Assembly: GCF_009914755.1 (NCBI RefSeq)
Contig: NC_060939.1
Direction: 5' to 3' (one strand)
Length of the DNA stretch: 64,000 bases
Origin: the human T2T-CHM13v2.0 reference genome, Homo sapiens
How positions within the stretch are numbered: the first letter of the stretch is position 1; each line of letters begins with the position of its first letter. A program made the position numbers and the translations under genes. This document shows, piece by piece, positions 13,086-28,361 of this stretch. The notes beneath the pieces are model-generated. The model was not told the origin of the DNA. It did not search any database and saw nothing but the letters and a program-made list of their open reading frames with translations.

Positions 13086-15849
13086 CTGTTGGAAGAGAAA
13101 TGGAGAGATACTAAGTCCCCAGAACTTTCCAGCGATACACTAATTTCTAGAGCAGAAGAAAAAAGGAAGAGAGAGAATACAAATGCATATGGAGTTGCAT
13201 ACCTGGTCAACTATGAATTCTCAAATAAAAAGATTTCTAGTACTGTCAGTTTGGTCTAGTTCCTAGTAAAAACCACAATGAGTATATATGTGCATATTCC
13301 TGTGCTTCCAGTAACCACTATCCAAATACGTTAACACAATATTTCTTTAACTAATGATAAAGAAATGTTCTGCTTGTCAAAACAGCTTCCGTTATATTAA
13401 TGATCAGAGCTCACTGGGGATTTTTTGGCATCTACACCAGTAATCTGAATCCATAAAGAGGAGCAGAAACATGGGCTCTTTATGCAACTGATGAGAATAG
13501 AAAGTGTTCTCCACAGCTGCCAAGACCCCTGCTGAGAAATGGAATATCCATGGTGCACAGCAAGTTTATTTATTACCACCAAATAAACAAGATCTCCTCT
13601 AGGGAAGCCCAGATGTTAACAACTTAAAGGCTGGTTTTTTGTAAACATTTACATTAACAACCATTACCTATTAAGAGTGAAATATCTGCTCCATTTAATA
13701 AAAATAGCAATATTGAACTGCTTTACATTATAAACATTGTTATTTTAACGACATGTTCCTGAACTGGCTAAGTCCGTAACAAAAACAATGAACACGCTGA
13801 AATGAGAAGAGTATTTTGACTTGAGAAATATTAAAGGTGTTACAAGTTCGACAAATGAAATTAACAAACATGTTTGTAATTTTCTTTTTTTCCTACAAGT
13901 GTATTTTATAAGACATACTGGTGTGAAAATTATTTGATCTCTGACAAAGCTAAAATTAAAATATTCTCCAATCAATGAGATGAAAATACTATGACTTCCA
14001 GTGTAATTTATCTACTTAGTATGTGTATAAAATGAAGCTTATTTAAAAATATCATGTTACTTATCACTGTATATTGGCTCACCCTTAAAAAAGGGAATCA
14101 AACTATTTCCTAGTACTTTTTAGAACATGTATATGTTTACAAGATAGGCATTACATTCTCTATACAGCTAGCATAGCACCGAAATCTGCACAGCTTAGAG
14201 TGAATAGTGTCAATAACCAGAATTTGGGCTGCCTAAATGGTCCCTGTGAGCTGCCGACACCAGTCAAATCCACTGACAATTGCCAGCTCTAGGACTATTT
14301 TCAATTGTGTTTACTTTGGATGCAGGATTAGCTTCAGTTTTCCAGTCAGGAGCTCCCCTTTCTTCCACAGGCTACCTCTTACTAAAACTCACTTTTCTCA
14401 TAGCTTGAGAGTGTTTAAAACAGGAATCTCATTTAGGTGTGGTAGGAAAAGAGACCTGATCAGTGAGACACAGAGAAGAAAAAGAAAGGCATTTGAGTTT
14501 TATTATATGAAAATATAACTGGAGAAATTAATTAATCATCTTCTAGCACAGTGTTAATCCAATGCTATAGATATCATATATCTTTAGCTCAATTAAACAG
14601 TCATTTATTGACAACCTATGTGCCCTCATTTGCCATTTATGTGCTAAGAACCATGCTAGGATTACCAAAAAAAGGTAAAATACAAGTTTAATTCTCAAGA
14701 AAATGATAATCCAGTGAAAAGACAAGTAATGTGTCCCAAAAAACTTGGTTTTGCATGATATTGGTATGTTAGCCAGAAAAATGGTGATGAGACTCAAATA
14801 AGCTTGAGAAGCATTTAGTAGGCTTTTCCTGAGCCTTTAATATGCCCAGTGTCTTGTGAATCTGCAAGGAGGAATTTCTTCACCATGAAACACCTTTTTC
14901 ACAGTATGAATAAACACCTCATTGGAAGAGTATTCCCTAGAGTGCCAGATTAGAAAATATTTTTATATACACATAAATGTTATATATAGCTAGAATCCCA
15001 AACCATTTCCATAAAGGAATCATTTTGTTCCCATACTATGAACAGATTCCTGAGGGGGATGGTAGAAGGGAAGAACTATGGTAGGAGGGACACTGAGAAA
15101 GGGAAAAAATGATTCCTTCCCCAGAAGCAAGCCCAATAGTGACCTATTTTCCCAAGTAGGGGAAAGGATATAGTACTCATGGCTTGAATGCCCTGACTGA
15201 ACAAGGAAACCCTAAATATTCATTGATACCAGGTGGAGATCCCAAATGTATAGTGCATACATTCCTAAATGCTTTCAGTTTCCAAAAAGTTTATATTCTC
15301 TAAGAAATTGACTTTTATTTTAAAAACAGCAACAACAACAAAACCCATTAGGGCAGGAGAAGTTCGTTATGTGAGGAAAATCATTGTTTTAGTGAAAGGA
15401 AGTTGCTATCTCCTGCTGTCTCTCCTTTCTACTGGCTCACAGAATGACAGGGAAAACGGAGCAGAAGTGTATGAGAGGTCCGTACCATCCCCTCTGGTTC
15501 TGAAGGATTCTTTTTACTCAAGAGAGGTTAACTCTGGGGAGGTAAAAACTTGTTCTATTTCATTCTCATAAGAATCATTTGATACTCGTTTTCTGCAAGC
15601 AGCATGGTGACTCTCTTGTTGCTTGACTGTTTTTAATTTGTCATGGGGAGGGGGAGTTTTAGAAAAGAAGGTACTTACCAGTCATGGCAAGCTCCAGTTT
15701 TCTCTTCAAAATTCAGTGAGAAAAGATATTCAGCTGATCCTCCATTTCTCCTTCTCCATCTGATCCCCAAATCCAAACATGTCTCATTTTTCATATGTAT
15801 TACCTATTCCTTTGCTTTTTCCCCAGGTCTGCTTCAAAGTATCCTTTTA

Positions 15850-16151
<302 letters not shown>

Positions 16152-16164
16152 TTAGGTTACTTAC

Positions 16165-16305
16165 TGCAAGAACTGCCCTGTCCCGTTCCACCAAGTCTGC
16201 AAGCTTATCCAACAGACGTCCCCTTTCTGAAGCATCCATCCTTCTCCACACTGAACCAAGAGAGAAAGCCAGGCGGGCTGCCTGCACTGCTTTGTCTATA
16301 TCTGC
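16165..16305 (-). CDS. ALDH1A2: ALDH1A2 coding exon 3 (141 nt, phase 0-0)
   Basis: cag|GCAGAT...CTTGCA|gtaagt; translates [47 protein letters not shown]. Confidence 0.98.
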
Positions 16306-16640
16306 CTGTTAGAGAGGAAGAGGCACAACTGAAGAAAAACACTCCAAATAAAGGAAGAACCATCCACTGTCATGAAAAAAGTGAAGCATGAGCATGTAGT
16401 GGTGTACTGAGAGCATATGTTTGCTGCTCTGCTGTTTGAAGGCAGTTATTTCATAGGAAATCTTTTATCTACAAAAGACATACCTTGTCTGCTTCTTGAA
16501 CTTCACACACCTGTTCTCCTGTGGCTGGATTATAGACAGGGAACACTCTCCCACTCTCTGAGTTCTGCCACTCGTTGTTTATAAAGATCTAAGGGAGTAG
16601 ATAACAGAATGGGATCTGTGACACAGGTGATAAGCAGCCA
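16306..16640 (-). promoter_or_regulatory. Candidate intragenic GATA/TAL1 (E-box) element and internal promoter around exon 2 / intron 2
   Basis: WGATAA at 16465-16470 (minus), 16599-16604 and 16628-16633; CAGGTG E-boxes at 16508-16513 (minus) and 16624-16629; consistent with the known T-ALL intronic promoter of RALDH2. Confidence 0.55.
16484..16588 (-). CDS. ALDH1A2: ALDH1A2 coding exon 2 (105 nt, phase 0-0)
   Basis: tag|ATCTTT...GACAAG|gtatgt; translates [35 protein letters not shown]. Confidence 0.98.
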
Positions 16641-18444
16641 GTCAACGGCCAAGTGTTACGGAACTACTATGGTAATAACACTTGTTGTATAATAAAAGTA
16701 TACAATTTGAAGTGTTTTAAGAGACCCTTCTAGACTCAACGCCAATTTAGGAATTTCCTCTATATTTTTGCTTTAACATCATCCAAAGGCTAACTACAGT
16801 TCTTACCTTTCATGAACCTGTCAACTAACTAAAGATACAAATAAGGATAGAGTGTCTCACATACATACAATCATACACTGATGCTAAGGCAAGAGTTATC
16901 GATAGCCCAAGCTCTGGCTAGTATCCATGAGGGTTAAATAGCAGATCAAACTTACAGTCATCAAGCCTTAGATCCTACTTTCTCTGCCACAGGCCTAAGT
17001 GACTTCTCAAGGAAACTTGAATGGTGCTGCAATAAGCATTCACCTAATTTATACTCAGGTCCTGAACAATGACTCTAACCAAACTAACTAGTTAGTTCAA
17101 CAAGTTATATGTGTAAATCCAAGTTAGATTTATTTCCCTTTGCTGAATAGGCTATCTTGCAGAGCCAAAAAAGATGGGGATGGGGAGTTAGCAAGTGGGG
17201 TGTAATTTTCAAATGATCACCCCAGGATTTCTTAAAAGGCTTGGTCTCCCTATGTATGAAATTGAGATTAAAATGGCAAAGAGACTGAAGATTTGGGAAA
17301 TTATTCAAGTCAATTTCTCACAAGATTTGTAATAAATGAGTTAAAGGACAAGGGAAAAGAAAAGGCCAGAAAAATTTTAAATTCTTATTGAGTGAGAAAC
17401 CTAAACTAATATTTTTAGACCATGTAATCTTAGAGGACATACGAAGATGTTTTACTCTATAAAATTTACAGCACCACAGTGAAATTTCTCAACTTATGAA
17501 CCAGTCAGTCATCTAATTTAGGACAAAAACAATGATAATTATTTAGTGCCTGCCATTTAAAAAATAATCAGAGATGAGGCTTAATAAATATAAATCTACA
17601 CTTGGTAAATATCAAATTCTAGAAAATGTCCCAAAGCTTTCCTTTTACATGTTTTCCTTGATTTGATAAAAACTATGAGCCCATGTAGAAGGAGGCACTG
17701 ATTAAACTATAACTTTCTTTTCCCAAAGGATTTTTAAGATAAAGGAAAATACCTTAAATTTGTAGAGCACTTAACACAGCTGTATTGATACAAACAAAAT
17801 GACCTTGTAATTGTACATTTTACAGTTTATAATACACAGTTCATAAACACATGTAACAAAATTTACCCAATAAATACTCAGATAACTTCTAGTCACAGGA
17901 AAAATAAAGATGGTTAAGAGAGTTCCAGCCCTCCAGAGTCTGACAGTCTCTAGTAGTTTATTTAGTACTTACAATAACCCCGTGAAGCAGGGTTTTCTCT
18001 CTATTAAACATGAGAAAATTGAGAGGCAGGGAGCTTGAGTCCAAAGAAGCAGGTTCTTGTTGTGGCTGACTCAACAATGTGTTCTTTCCAATACACATAA
18101 TTTCCAGGATTAGTCAGCCCAAAGAAACAGAACTAGTTAATGTCCAAGCCTGAGCTAGTTAGAATTCTTAAATTATTGGTCTGGTTCTCTTTTCATTCAC
18201 TCTATTTAATAAATTTGCTCACAGCTGATAGCTCATTACATTTTCATGCTCCTTTGAACACAGTATAAAGTCCAGGTAACAAAAGGAGAAAATTAAAAAG
18301 TTAGTTTCATTAAGGATCCACTTCTTGGGTATTATCAGGTTTAGGGAAAAAGTGGTCTTACCAATGTCCCTATCCTTTTATTCACCATGTGACTGAATCA
18401 AACTTTTTAACCTTTGCAGTATCACCAAGGCCCACTGATCCTAA

Positions 18445-18744
18445 TTTTTTTTTTTTTTTTTTTTTAAGACAGAGCCTTGATCTGTCACCCAGGCTAGAGT
18501 GCAGTGGCACTCAATCTCAGCTCAATGCAACCTCTGCCGCCCGGGGTTCAAGTGATTCTGCTGCCTCAGCCTCCCGAGTAGCAGGGATTACAGGCACCCA
18601 CCACCATGCCCAGCTAATTTTTGTATTTTTAGTAGAGACGGGGTTTCACCTTGTTGGCCAGGCTGGTCATGAACCCCTGACCTCAGGTGATCTGCCTGCC
18701 TCCCAAAGTGCTGGGATTACAGGCGTGAGCCACTGCACCCGGCC
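18445..18744 (-). mobile_element. Full-length AluS (Sx/Sz-like), sense to ALDH1A2, intron 1
   Basis: poly(T), both arms, ends ...gtgagccactgcacccggcc. Confidence 0.97.
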
Positions 18745-20369
18745 CCAAGTTCAGTTTTTAGGTTTCTCTGTGCAGCAGTTTTAATTATTTGTAAAGACTG
18801 ATATTTCATGACTTTTGTTTCTTACAGGTTTTCCAAAAATCAAAAGGAAAAAATACTTATTTTTAGTAAGTTAAACTCATTTTCTTCATCACTTAGTCTA
18901 TTGATCATTTTATAAATCTAAGATGCATTATAGGATCTAAGATACATTATGATATTTTAGTGATCTTATATTTCCTGTATTTTAAAGTATTTTGCTACTT
19001 CATCATGCTAGAAATTACTTCATCATCACTCATCAATTATTTCTAATTGTGCTAAAAAACTAAAATAAGGAAAAAAAAATTACGAAATTGCCTAGAAATG
19101 AATGTCACCACTGTATCATCCTTCAGTTTTCTAATTGTGTTGTGTAATACATCTTTCAAAAAGTTATAAAAGAAGTCTAGAGATGCCATCTTTGCCATAT
19201 TCTTTTCAGCTTCCATTAAACAAAGTTAAGAATTTGGAATTCTTAATTTTCTGCCCATAATGGGATAAAGAATAAAATTAAGAGAAAGATATTTCACAAT
19301 AATTAGATGAATGAGAAAATGAAGGCAGAGACAGAGCACTTGAGATTCTAATGATGAGGTAAAACTGACCATAGAAGCAAAATCTTGGGCTATGAGTCCT
19401 TCAGATAAATTCTGTCAGACTTGAGAATCAGAGTAAACAATATATTTACAAAGACAAAAAGGAAACATGATATTCTAACCCATTAATTATTTAATAGGAA
19501 GGACTTCATCATTTAGTATTTTGCACAAGAACCTGGACCATCCTGCTCTGATAAAAGGACATATGACAATTATTTTATCTTTTATAGTATTTGTTGATAA
19601 AATTTACTTGATATTCATAAATGGACAAATGCTGAAGGTAGGTATATATGTAAAGGTGACTGGAACAGACAGACATTATGTAGAAATTTTAAAAGTTCAT
19701 TGGGTTGCTCAATCTGATTGACATTTATAAAAGTAAAAATGAAAATATTTTTGTAATTGTGAAACAAAAACATGGCCACCTTCTTTTCTACAAAATCATG
19801 AACCCTCAAATTTCTCCATAGCATTACACTGTGATAATAATGCATATGCAGGAAGAACCAGAGATAATGATGAGCTATAACCTACTAGAGATCTGTTTAA
19901 AATCTGGAGCCAGTATTTACGAGATGATAATGTTCTAGGTTCATATACGACAGCTCATGACCAGTTATTTGCATTCAAAGGCATTGCCAATTTCAGGTTA
20001 CATTACCTCCAAAATCAGGAAAATATGAAATAAAAACGTGGTTTGCTATGTTTAAATTCTTATTTTGCTGTTTTTTTTACCATCTCTTTATTCTTACTTC
20101 TGTAAATTATTCATAAAAATAAAAATAAAAATAAAATGAATACATTGAAACCAGATGGTAAATGTGATGGCTATTTTTCCTGGTGTGCCAAAATTAAAAT
20201 TTTAATTTTACTACATTATTATTTTTGTAGACCTAGTCTTATAAAATGACACTTAAAAAATTATATGGACAACTTTGTTGGTACATGGAATAACAAATAT
20301 CTTCATGGTCAGTACTTGAATGTTTGCAGCTCTCTAGGCAATGTCGAAAGTTTTGAATCCTGTCCATAG

Positions 20370-21478
20370 CATTATTCCCTGACCAGGGCTCCTTGGAGAA
20401 ATGGTTTATTTCAGAACTGTATCAGGGAAAGTACAAGATGAGCCTGGAACATTGTGGTGCCTGAAATCAAGTAAATACTTAAAAATGGATAGGAACATAA
20501 TAAAAAGATACAGAAGTCACCATGAAGAGGCTACCAATGGACAATACTGGAATAATTTAAACAAAAAATAAATAATGCTGGTAATAGATTATGACCCATA
20601 GAATGAAAAAGACATCCAAAAGTTCATAATGATATACATTTTTAAATGAATAAATAAATAAATGTGGGATAAGGAGGCGCTCTTCTTCACAGTAGAATTC
20701 CAACTACTAGATGTGAAGAGATGATGGGATTAGATGATTATTATTTGTAAAATACCATAGTAATAACTGCTTCAGGTAAAAATCATCACTAGATAGTAAA
20801 ATTGGTGGGCAAATATGCAATGAAAAATGTATGATGTATATTCATGTAGTTTCAAAATATCTCCCCTCAAGATACTTAATTACAAAAGAAAAAATAGTAA
20901 CTTTATGTTGGAGAAACTTGGCAGACACCACCTTAATCAAATGATTAAAGCTGATGTCACCAGCAATGGGACAAATTGATATCATGTGCAGCTGATATGA
21001 TATGCTGAGAAAGACAAGATCAGTTCTGTGGTAATCTTACCCAAAAGGCATAACCTAAATTCAAACATGAGGATACAACAGGCAAATCCAAACTAAAGCA
21101 TATTCCACAAAATAATTGTCCTATACTTACTTAAAGTGCCAAGGTCATGAGAGGCTAGTAAAATGAAAAAAACTGTTCCAAATTAAAGGTCACTAATAAG
21201 ACATAAAAATTAAATGCATCATGTAACCATGGATTCTCTGATGGGCCAGGAAAAAAAATACATATTATTGGGACAATTGGTGAAATTTGAATAAGATTTT
21301 TAGGTTAGATGATAATATTTTGTCAATGTTAATTTCCTGATTTTTATAACTTTTATAATTGTAAGATCATTTGGGGAATCTGCATGAAATGTACACAGAA
21401 ATTTTTGCACTATTTTTGAACTTTATTTTTGTAAATCTGAAATTATTTCAAAATGGAAAGCAAAAAAAAAAGTTTAAA
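20370..21478 (+). mobile_element. Ancient L1 3'UTR (L1MC4-like)
   Basis: gggctccttggagaaatgg...aaagtacaagatgagcctggaaca...ggagaaacttggcagacaccaccttaatcaa; ends tgtaaatctgaaattatttcaaaa. Confidence 0.75.
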
Positions 21479-22116
21479 AGTCAGTGTCATCTTTCAGTGC
21501 CTACCTTTCATATTTTAAATGCCCCAAACAAATTTGTTAAACGAAGAAACGAGGATTCAACATCTTCACAAGAGTTTCTTTAAATGTGACTTTGTGGAAA
21601 ATAAAATAAGCCACTCAAGCTCTGTCTTGAAACATGGCCCAATGATGCCAAATCATTTTAAGTTAAAGCCATGTTAATCTCAGTATAAGAAACCAGAATA
21701 TTTTGCTTTGTAGTTTACTGAATTTCAGAATTAGTATGAGGAAAAATGTGGGCTTTACTACAGAGGTCTTTGAAAGTAGAAAGTGTATCTGACCCTAAGT
21801 TACTGGACTGTTGCTCAGTTTCTTCATTTGGAAAATATAGAAATGCTGACTTACTAAAATCATGTAATTCTGTGATGCTGTAACCGAAGGTAAAAAGAAC
21901 AGATGGTCCATAAAAGAAGGCACCTATCTAATCTAGGTTTCTCAGAGGTTGGAGGGATTAGTTCATATCCCTTTCTTTCCATTGTGGTTGTGAAGGACTA
22001 ACTGTCCACTGACATATTATAGGTTGTTGTTGGTATTAAAAAGACAGAATGATAGGCACTTAGCTAACATTAACCAGAATGGAATGTCTGCTGAGAGAGG
22101 AAATGAATCACTTTCT

Positions 22117-22672
22117 TTTTTATTATTATTTTTTAAATGTTATTTAAGTTCTGGGATACATGTGCAGGACATGCAGGTTTGTTATGCATGTAAACATGTG
22201 CCACAGTGGTTTGCTGCACCTATCATCACATCACCTAGGTTTAAGCCCCCCATGCATTAGCTTTTTTATCCTGATGCTCTCCCTCCGCCCACCCCCTCCA
22301 ACAGGCCCCAGCATGTGTTATTCCCTTCCTTGAATCCAAGTGTTCTCATTGTGCAACTCCCACTTATAAGTGAGAACATGTGGTGTTTGGTTTTCTGTTC
22401 CTGTGTTAGTTTGCTGAGGATAATGGCTTCCAGCTCCATCCAAGTACCTGTAAAGGATATGATCTCATTCCTTTGTATGGCTGCATAGTATTCCACGGTG
22501 TATATGTACCACATTTTCTTTATCCATTGATGGGTATTTGGGTTGATTCCACACCTTTGCTATTGTGAATAGTGCTGCAATGAACATACGTGTGCATGTA
22601 TCTTTATAATATGATTTATATTCCTTTGGGTGTATACCCAGTAATGGGATTGCTAGGTCAAATGGTATTGAC
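22117..22672 (-). mobile_element. 5'-truncated L1PA (PA8-10-like) 3' end
   Basis: L1 3'UTR and ORF2 C-terminus; perfect 14-bp TSD atgaatcactttct at 22103-22116 and 22673-22686, followed by AA (L1 endonuclease-type site). Confidence 0.95.
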
Positions 22673-22829
22673 ATGAATCACTTTCTAACATCTTTCCTGA
22701 TATGGTCAGAAATACAGTACCTCCCACACCAAGAACAAATCTGAAACACACTGAAGAACGAGGAGAATATGTGAGGAACAAAATTTTCTTATATTTAATA
22801 GATGTGGTAAAAACATATGTAATATAAAT

Positions 22830-23520
22830 GCAAGCTAAGATCTACCATATTAAAATATACCATGAACACATCATTCAAGCACTGGAACATTATTAGTATT
22901 ACTGAAGCTACCTGTGTGTTTCTTCCTAATCCCGTCCTCCAGCTTGACCCACCCTGCCACTAGAGGTAACCACTAACCTGTATTTTTAATTTATTTATTC
23001 TTAGATATTTTCTTTCATTTTCTTGATCAAATGTAGTATTTATTTGATGCAGGTTTCTGTGTTTATTGTATCAATTTTGTAAAATGCATTAGGATCATCT
23101 TGATTGTCATTAACGTTTTATGTTTGTACTATGATCACTGAGAAAGCCATGCTGAAATTTCCCATGGTGGTGGATTTATCAACATATTCCTTAACTCTAA
23201 ATTTCTACCTTTATAATTTTCGGGGTATTTTATTAGTGAATATAAGTTCATAACCATTAGATCTCTCTGGTAAACCATTTATCAATATGAAGTGATGCTC
23301 TTTATTACTAATAAAGCTTCCAATTTTAGAGCCTATTTTGTTTAATAGTAGCATAGCTACCCAAGCCTTTCTCCAGTATTTGTCTCATTTATCTTTTCCT
23401 GTCTTTCTGCTCTCAACTATATCTTTATTATTTTGATGTGTCTCTGTAAGTGACATATGGTTAGATTTTATTTAATATGAAAATCTGCATTTTAACTAGC
23501 AAGTTTAATATATTTCTATT
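22830..23520 (-). mobile_element. Very old L1M(E) fragments, apparently resuming at ~35555-35900
   Basis: Degenerate reverse L1 sequence on both sides of the large L1 complex. Confidence 0.55.
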
Positions 23521-26125
23521 AACTTTTTGAGTTGGGGAGGGTTCACTAGAAGCAGTTTATATGACTGACTCCTCCACTTAGAAAAACCAGAACAGTATAT
23601 AGACAGTCACACTTCAAATATATTATCCAAGAGAACACCGGAATTCAACAAAGAAGGGACAGGAAGCACCAAAAGTAAGAAAAGAGGTTGCCTCTTGCAT
23701 CCTCCCTGACTGGGATCAGCTGGGAGCCAGGAGTGATTTCCCAAAGTGGGAAATGGGTGAGTGGGAGACTTCCAGCAGCCAACATCCCCACCGTGGAATT
23801 GTGCAATTCTGGCCACTTGAAAAGCCCTCAATCCTCCCAAGCCCCGAAACTAACACAGGGAGCTGCCAAGAGACCATGAAATGGAACTGCTCCTAGGAGA
23901 GAACTTAACACTGGGCCCCACATCCTTTCTGAGACCTAAGCAGCTACAGCAAGGCATCATTTCCAAACCTAGCCTTTGACAAACGTCGTGCTGTCCTGGG
24001 GCCCAGCAGTTCCAGGACTGAGGCATTAAGGAAACTCAGGCTATTACTGCTGGGACAGCAGGGCAAGCTGGGAGTGCTCCTGTAGCCAAGGCTAAGAAGC
24101 CAGTGAGACATGAGCTGAAGCACCCAGTGCTGGTAGACATGTGTTGCTGAGATCTAAGATGGAGACACAAGTTGCTGCTGGAATTGGTGGTGAGCTGGGC
24201 AGGGGTTGCTGCAGCTGGTGCAGGCGGATGAGTTAGGTGCAGGCTACTGCCACCAGGGTAGGGGATCAAGCCTCACTAAAACTGGGGCATGAAAGAGGCA
24301 CAATTCCCCACCTGCCGGTCCAGGCTGTGGCCACTGATGATGGCCAAATCCTCTCCAGTGGCAGGGCCTCAATGCAGCTGCTACTGCCCCTCACTCAAGC
24401 ACTCTGCCTAGGGCCTAAGAATTGCCCTGCCCCTGCCCATCACAGCTAGTGCCTCCTCTCACCACTGTGGGGGCTGAACAAAAGCCCATCTGGCCTCACT
24501 TTGTTCCCCATTCCCGAGACAGAGCACATAGATTGAGGTCCTGGAGATTGCCCAACCCAATCTACCACCTTGGGTACCTGAACATTCCGTACAGGGTACT
24601 GAGGTTGGGCCTAACTTCCCAGCCACTACCACATAAGCTGAAATCTACCTGCAAGTGCAACCTCGGGCCTGGAGACTTGCCTGTCCAGCACATCACAGCC
24701 ACTCCCAATATCCATGCACACTACTCAGGATGCAGAGGATCATCCTACTACTGCTACTGCCATTGCCATGCCATACAAGCTGCCTAGAGACCTGAGAACA
24801 CATCCAACCACCTGGTCCACTGCTGCCACTACCTCCGGGGGGAAAGCCACCTCAAGGCCAAGAATCAGCCTGCTCCAACACAGGTGCCAGGGTATTCCAC
24901 ACTGAGGCACAAAGACAGGCACACTCAACCCACCACTGCAACCACTAGGGCCTAAAAACTGGCCTACCTGGCATCCCAGTCCTCAGCACAACTTCACCAC
25001 AGCCTCTGCTAATAACCACACTATAACTTACCAAGGAAATCACAGATATCACTGATGTTGTTTACTGCCAAAGAAATCATATAGAGACTACACCACTGCA
25101 TCCACCCAGAATCAAAGCCAAAATGCCCCATCCAACCAACACCATATATACACCTTCAGGAAAAATTCCTCCCCTATGAAAGTAAATTCAAAAATAGGAA
25201 GAACCAACTGTTATACCAGATGTGCAGATATCAACATAAGGACAACATGAAAAAGCGAAGAAATATGACACCTCCAAAGGAACACCATACTCCATCAACA
25301 GATCTTAATCAGAAAATTTCAAAATCCCAGATAAAGAATTCAAAATATTGACTTTCAAGAATCTTAGTGAGATACAAGTGAATTCTGAACATAAAAAATC
25401 AGAAAAATAATTCAGGAAATAAATGAGAAACTTACCAAAGAGATAAATTTTTTTTTAAAGAAACAAATAGAAATCTGGAACAGAATAATTCATTGAAGGG
25501 AAAAAAATGCATTTAAAATCTTAGAACCAGGCAAAATAATTTCTAATCTTCAAGACAGGTCTTTTGAAATAATCCAGTAAAACAAAACAAAGAACAGAGA
25601 ATTTAAAGAATATAAGCAAAGCCTTTGTGACACTTGGGACAATTTTAAAGTGACCAAATTTACAAATTATTAGTATAATCAAGAAACAAGAAACAAAGAT
25701 GAAAACTTGCCAAGCCTAGCAATATTTAACACATGCAGATACAGGATGCTTAATGATTCTCAGGCAGATACAATATGAAAAGGTTTTCTACATGGCATAT
25801 TGTTATCAGACTGTCTGAAGTCAATGATAAAGAGAAAATCCTAAAAACAGCAACAGAAAAGCATCTAGTCACCTATAAAGGAAACCCCATCAAACTAACA
25901 GCAGATTTCTCAGCAGAAACCTTACAGGCCAGAAGAGAATGAGATGGTATATTCAAAGTGCTGGGAAAAAAAAAAAAAAAAAAAAAGGAACTGCCAACCC
26001 AGAATATTATCTCTAGCAAAATTATCCTTCACAAATGAGGGCGAAATAGACTGATTCCCAGATAAGCAAAGACTGAAGGAATTCATTACCACTAGGACTG
26101 ACCCTACAAGAAATGCTCAAAATAG

Positions 26126-26414
<289 letters not shown>

Positions 26415-27947
26415 AAATGCTCAAAATATTAACTCTGAAATATGGAAGTATAAAACTCATTTGTAAAGTAATCACACAAAGGAGGAAAAGACTCAAATGG
26501 TACCACTACAGGAATCCAAACTACAGTGTAAACAATAAGAAAAAAAAAGAGGCAAAGAATATATAAAACAACCAGAAAAGAGATATAATGGCTGAATGGG
26601 TTTTTAAAAAATGATCCAATTTTATACTGCCTAGAAGAAACTCACTTTACCAGTAAAGACAAATGTAGACTGAAAGTTAAGAGATGAAAAAAAGTGAAAA
26701 AAGATATTCCACTCACATGGAAACCAAATGTGAGCAGGAGTAGCTGTATTTATATCAGATAAAAACAGATTTTAAGCCAAGAAGTTCATTATATAATATG
26801 AGGGAATCAATTCAACAAGAGAATATAAAATCTAAATATATATGTATCAAACACTGGAGCACCCAGATTCATAGAGCAAATATTACTAGATCTAAATAGA
26901 CAGACTACAATACAATAGTGGGGGACTTCAACACCCTCACTGTCAGCACTAGACAGATCATCTAGGCAGAAAATCAACCAAAAAGCACTGGATTTAAACT
27001 AGACTTTACACCAAATAGACCTAACATTCTATCCAACTACTGCAGACTATACATCCTTTTCATCAGCACATGGAATATTCTCCAGAACAGACCATATGTT
27101 GGACCACAAAATAAATCTCAGCAATTTTTAAAAAATCATATCAAGTATCTCCTCAGACAACAAAGGAATAAAACTAGAAATCAATGCCAAGAACAACTCT
27201 GGAAACTATACAAATACATGGAAATTAAACAACATGCTCCTGAATGACCACTGTGTCAACAAATAAAAATAGAAATTTAAAAACTTCTTGAAACAAATGA
27301 AAAGAGAAACAACATACCAAAACTCTTGGGAATAACAAAAGCAGTGCTAAGAGGAAATTTTATAGCAATTAATGCCTACATCTAAAAAAAGTAGAAAGAT
27401 TATAAATTAATAATCTTTATCAATGTACCTTGAGAAACTAGAAAAACGCGAAGAAACCAAACCCCAAATTAGCAGAAGAAAATAAATAATAAAGATCAGA
27501 TGTAACTAAATGAAACAGAGACTAAAAAGAATACAACAGGATCAACAAAACAAAAAGCTGGTTCTTTGAAGAGATAAACAAAATCGATAAACTGCTACCT
27601 AGACTAACCTAAAAAGGAGAAGAATCAAACAAAATCAGAATTGAAAATTGAAAACAGAGACATTACAATGGATACCACAGTAATCTCTGAAGAACTACAC
27701 ATTGACAAACTGAAAAACCTAGGGGAGATGGATACATTCCTGGAAACATATAAGCTACCAAGATTGAATCAGGAAGAAACAGAAAACCTGAACAGCTCAA
27801 TAACAAGCAGCAATATTGAATCAGTAATAACAAGGTTCTCAATAAAGAAAAGCCCAAGACAAGAATCCAGCCAAATTCTACCAAACATACAAAGAATAAC
27901 TAACATCAATCCTCCTGAAACTATTCAAAAAAATCAAACAGGAGGAA

Positions 27948-28361
27948 TGTGTTAGTCTGTTTTGTATTGCCGTAAAGGAATACCTGAGGATAGATAATTT
28001 AAAAAGAATTTATCTTGGCTTATGATTCTGCAGGCCATATGAGAAGTAGGGTGCCAGCATCTGCTCTTAGTGAGGCCACAGGAAGCTTACAATCACGGCA
28101 GAATGTGAAGGGGAAGCAGGTGTGTTACATGGTGACAGAGAGAGCAAGAGAGAAAAGAGGAAATGCCAGACTTCTTTAAACAACTAGCTCTCATGTGAAC
28201 TCACAGAGCAAGAACTCACTCATTACCTCAGAGAGTGCACCAAGCCACTACTGACAGATCCAGTCCCATGAAACAAACACCTCCCACCAGGCTCCACCTC
28301 CAACATTGGGGATCACATTGCCACATGAGATTTGGAGGGGACATACATCCAAACCATATCA
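27948..28361 (-). mobile_element. MST (ERVL-MaLR) solo LTR inside the host L1 ORF2
   Basis: TG...CA termini (tgtgttagtc...ccaaaccatatca); 5-bp TSD aggaa/aggga; L1 sequence rejoins across it. Confidence 0.9.

Noticed and set aside
18389-18784. 131-aa ORF
   Set aside because: Antisense Alu translation (FFFFLRQSL...SPRLECSG), a standard artefact
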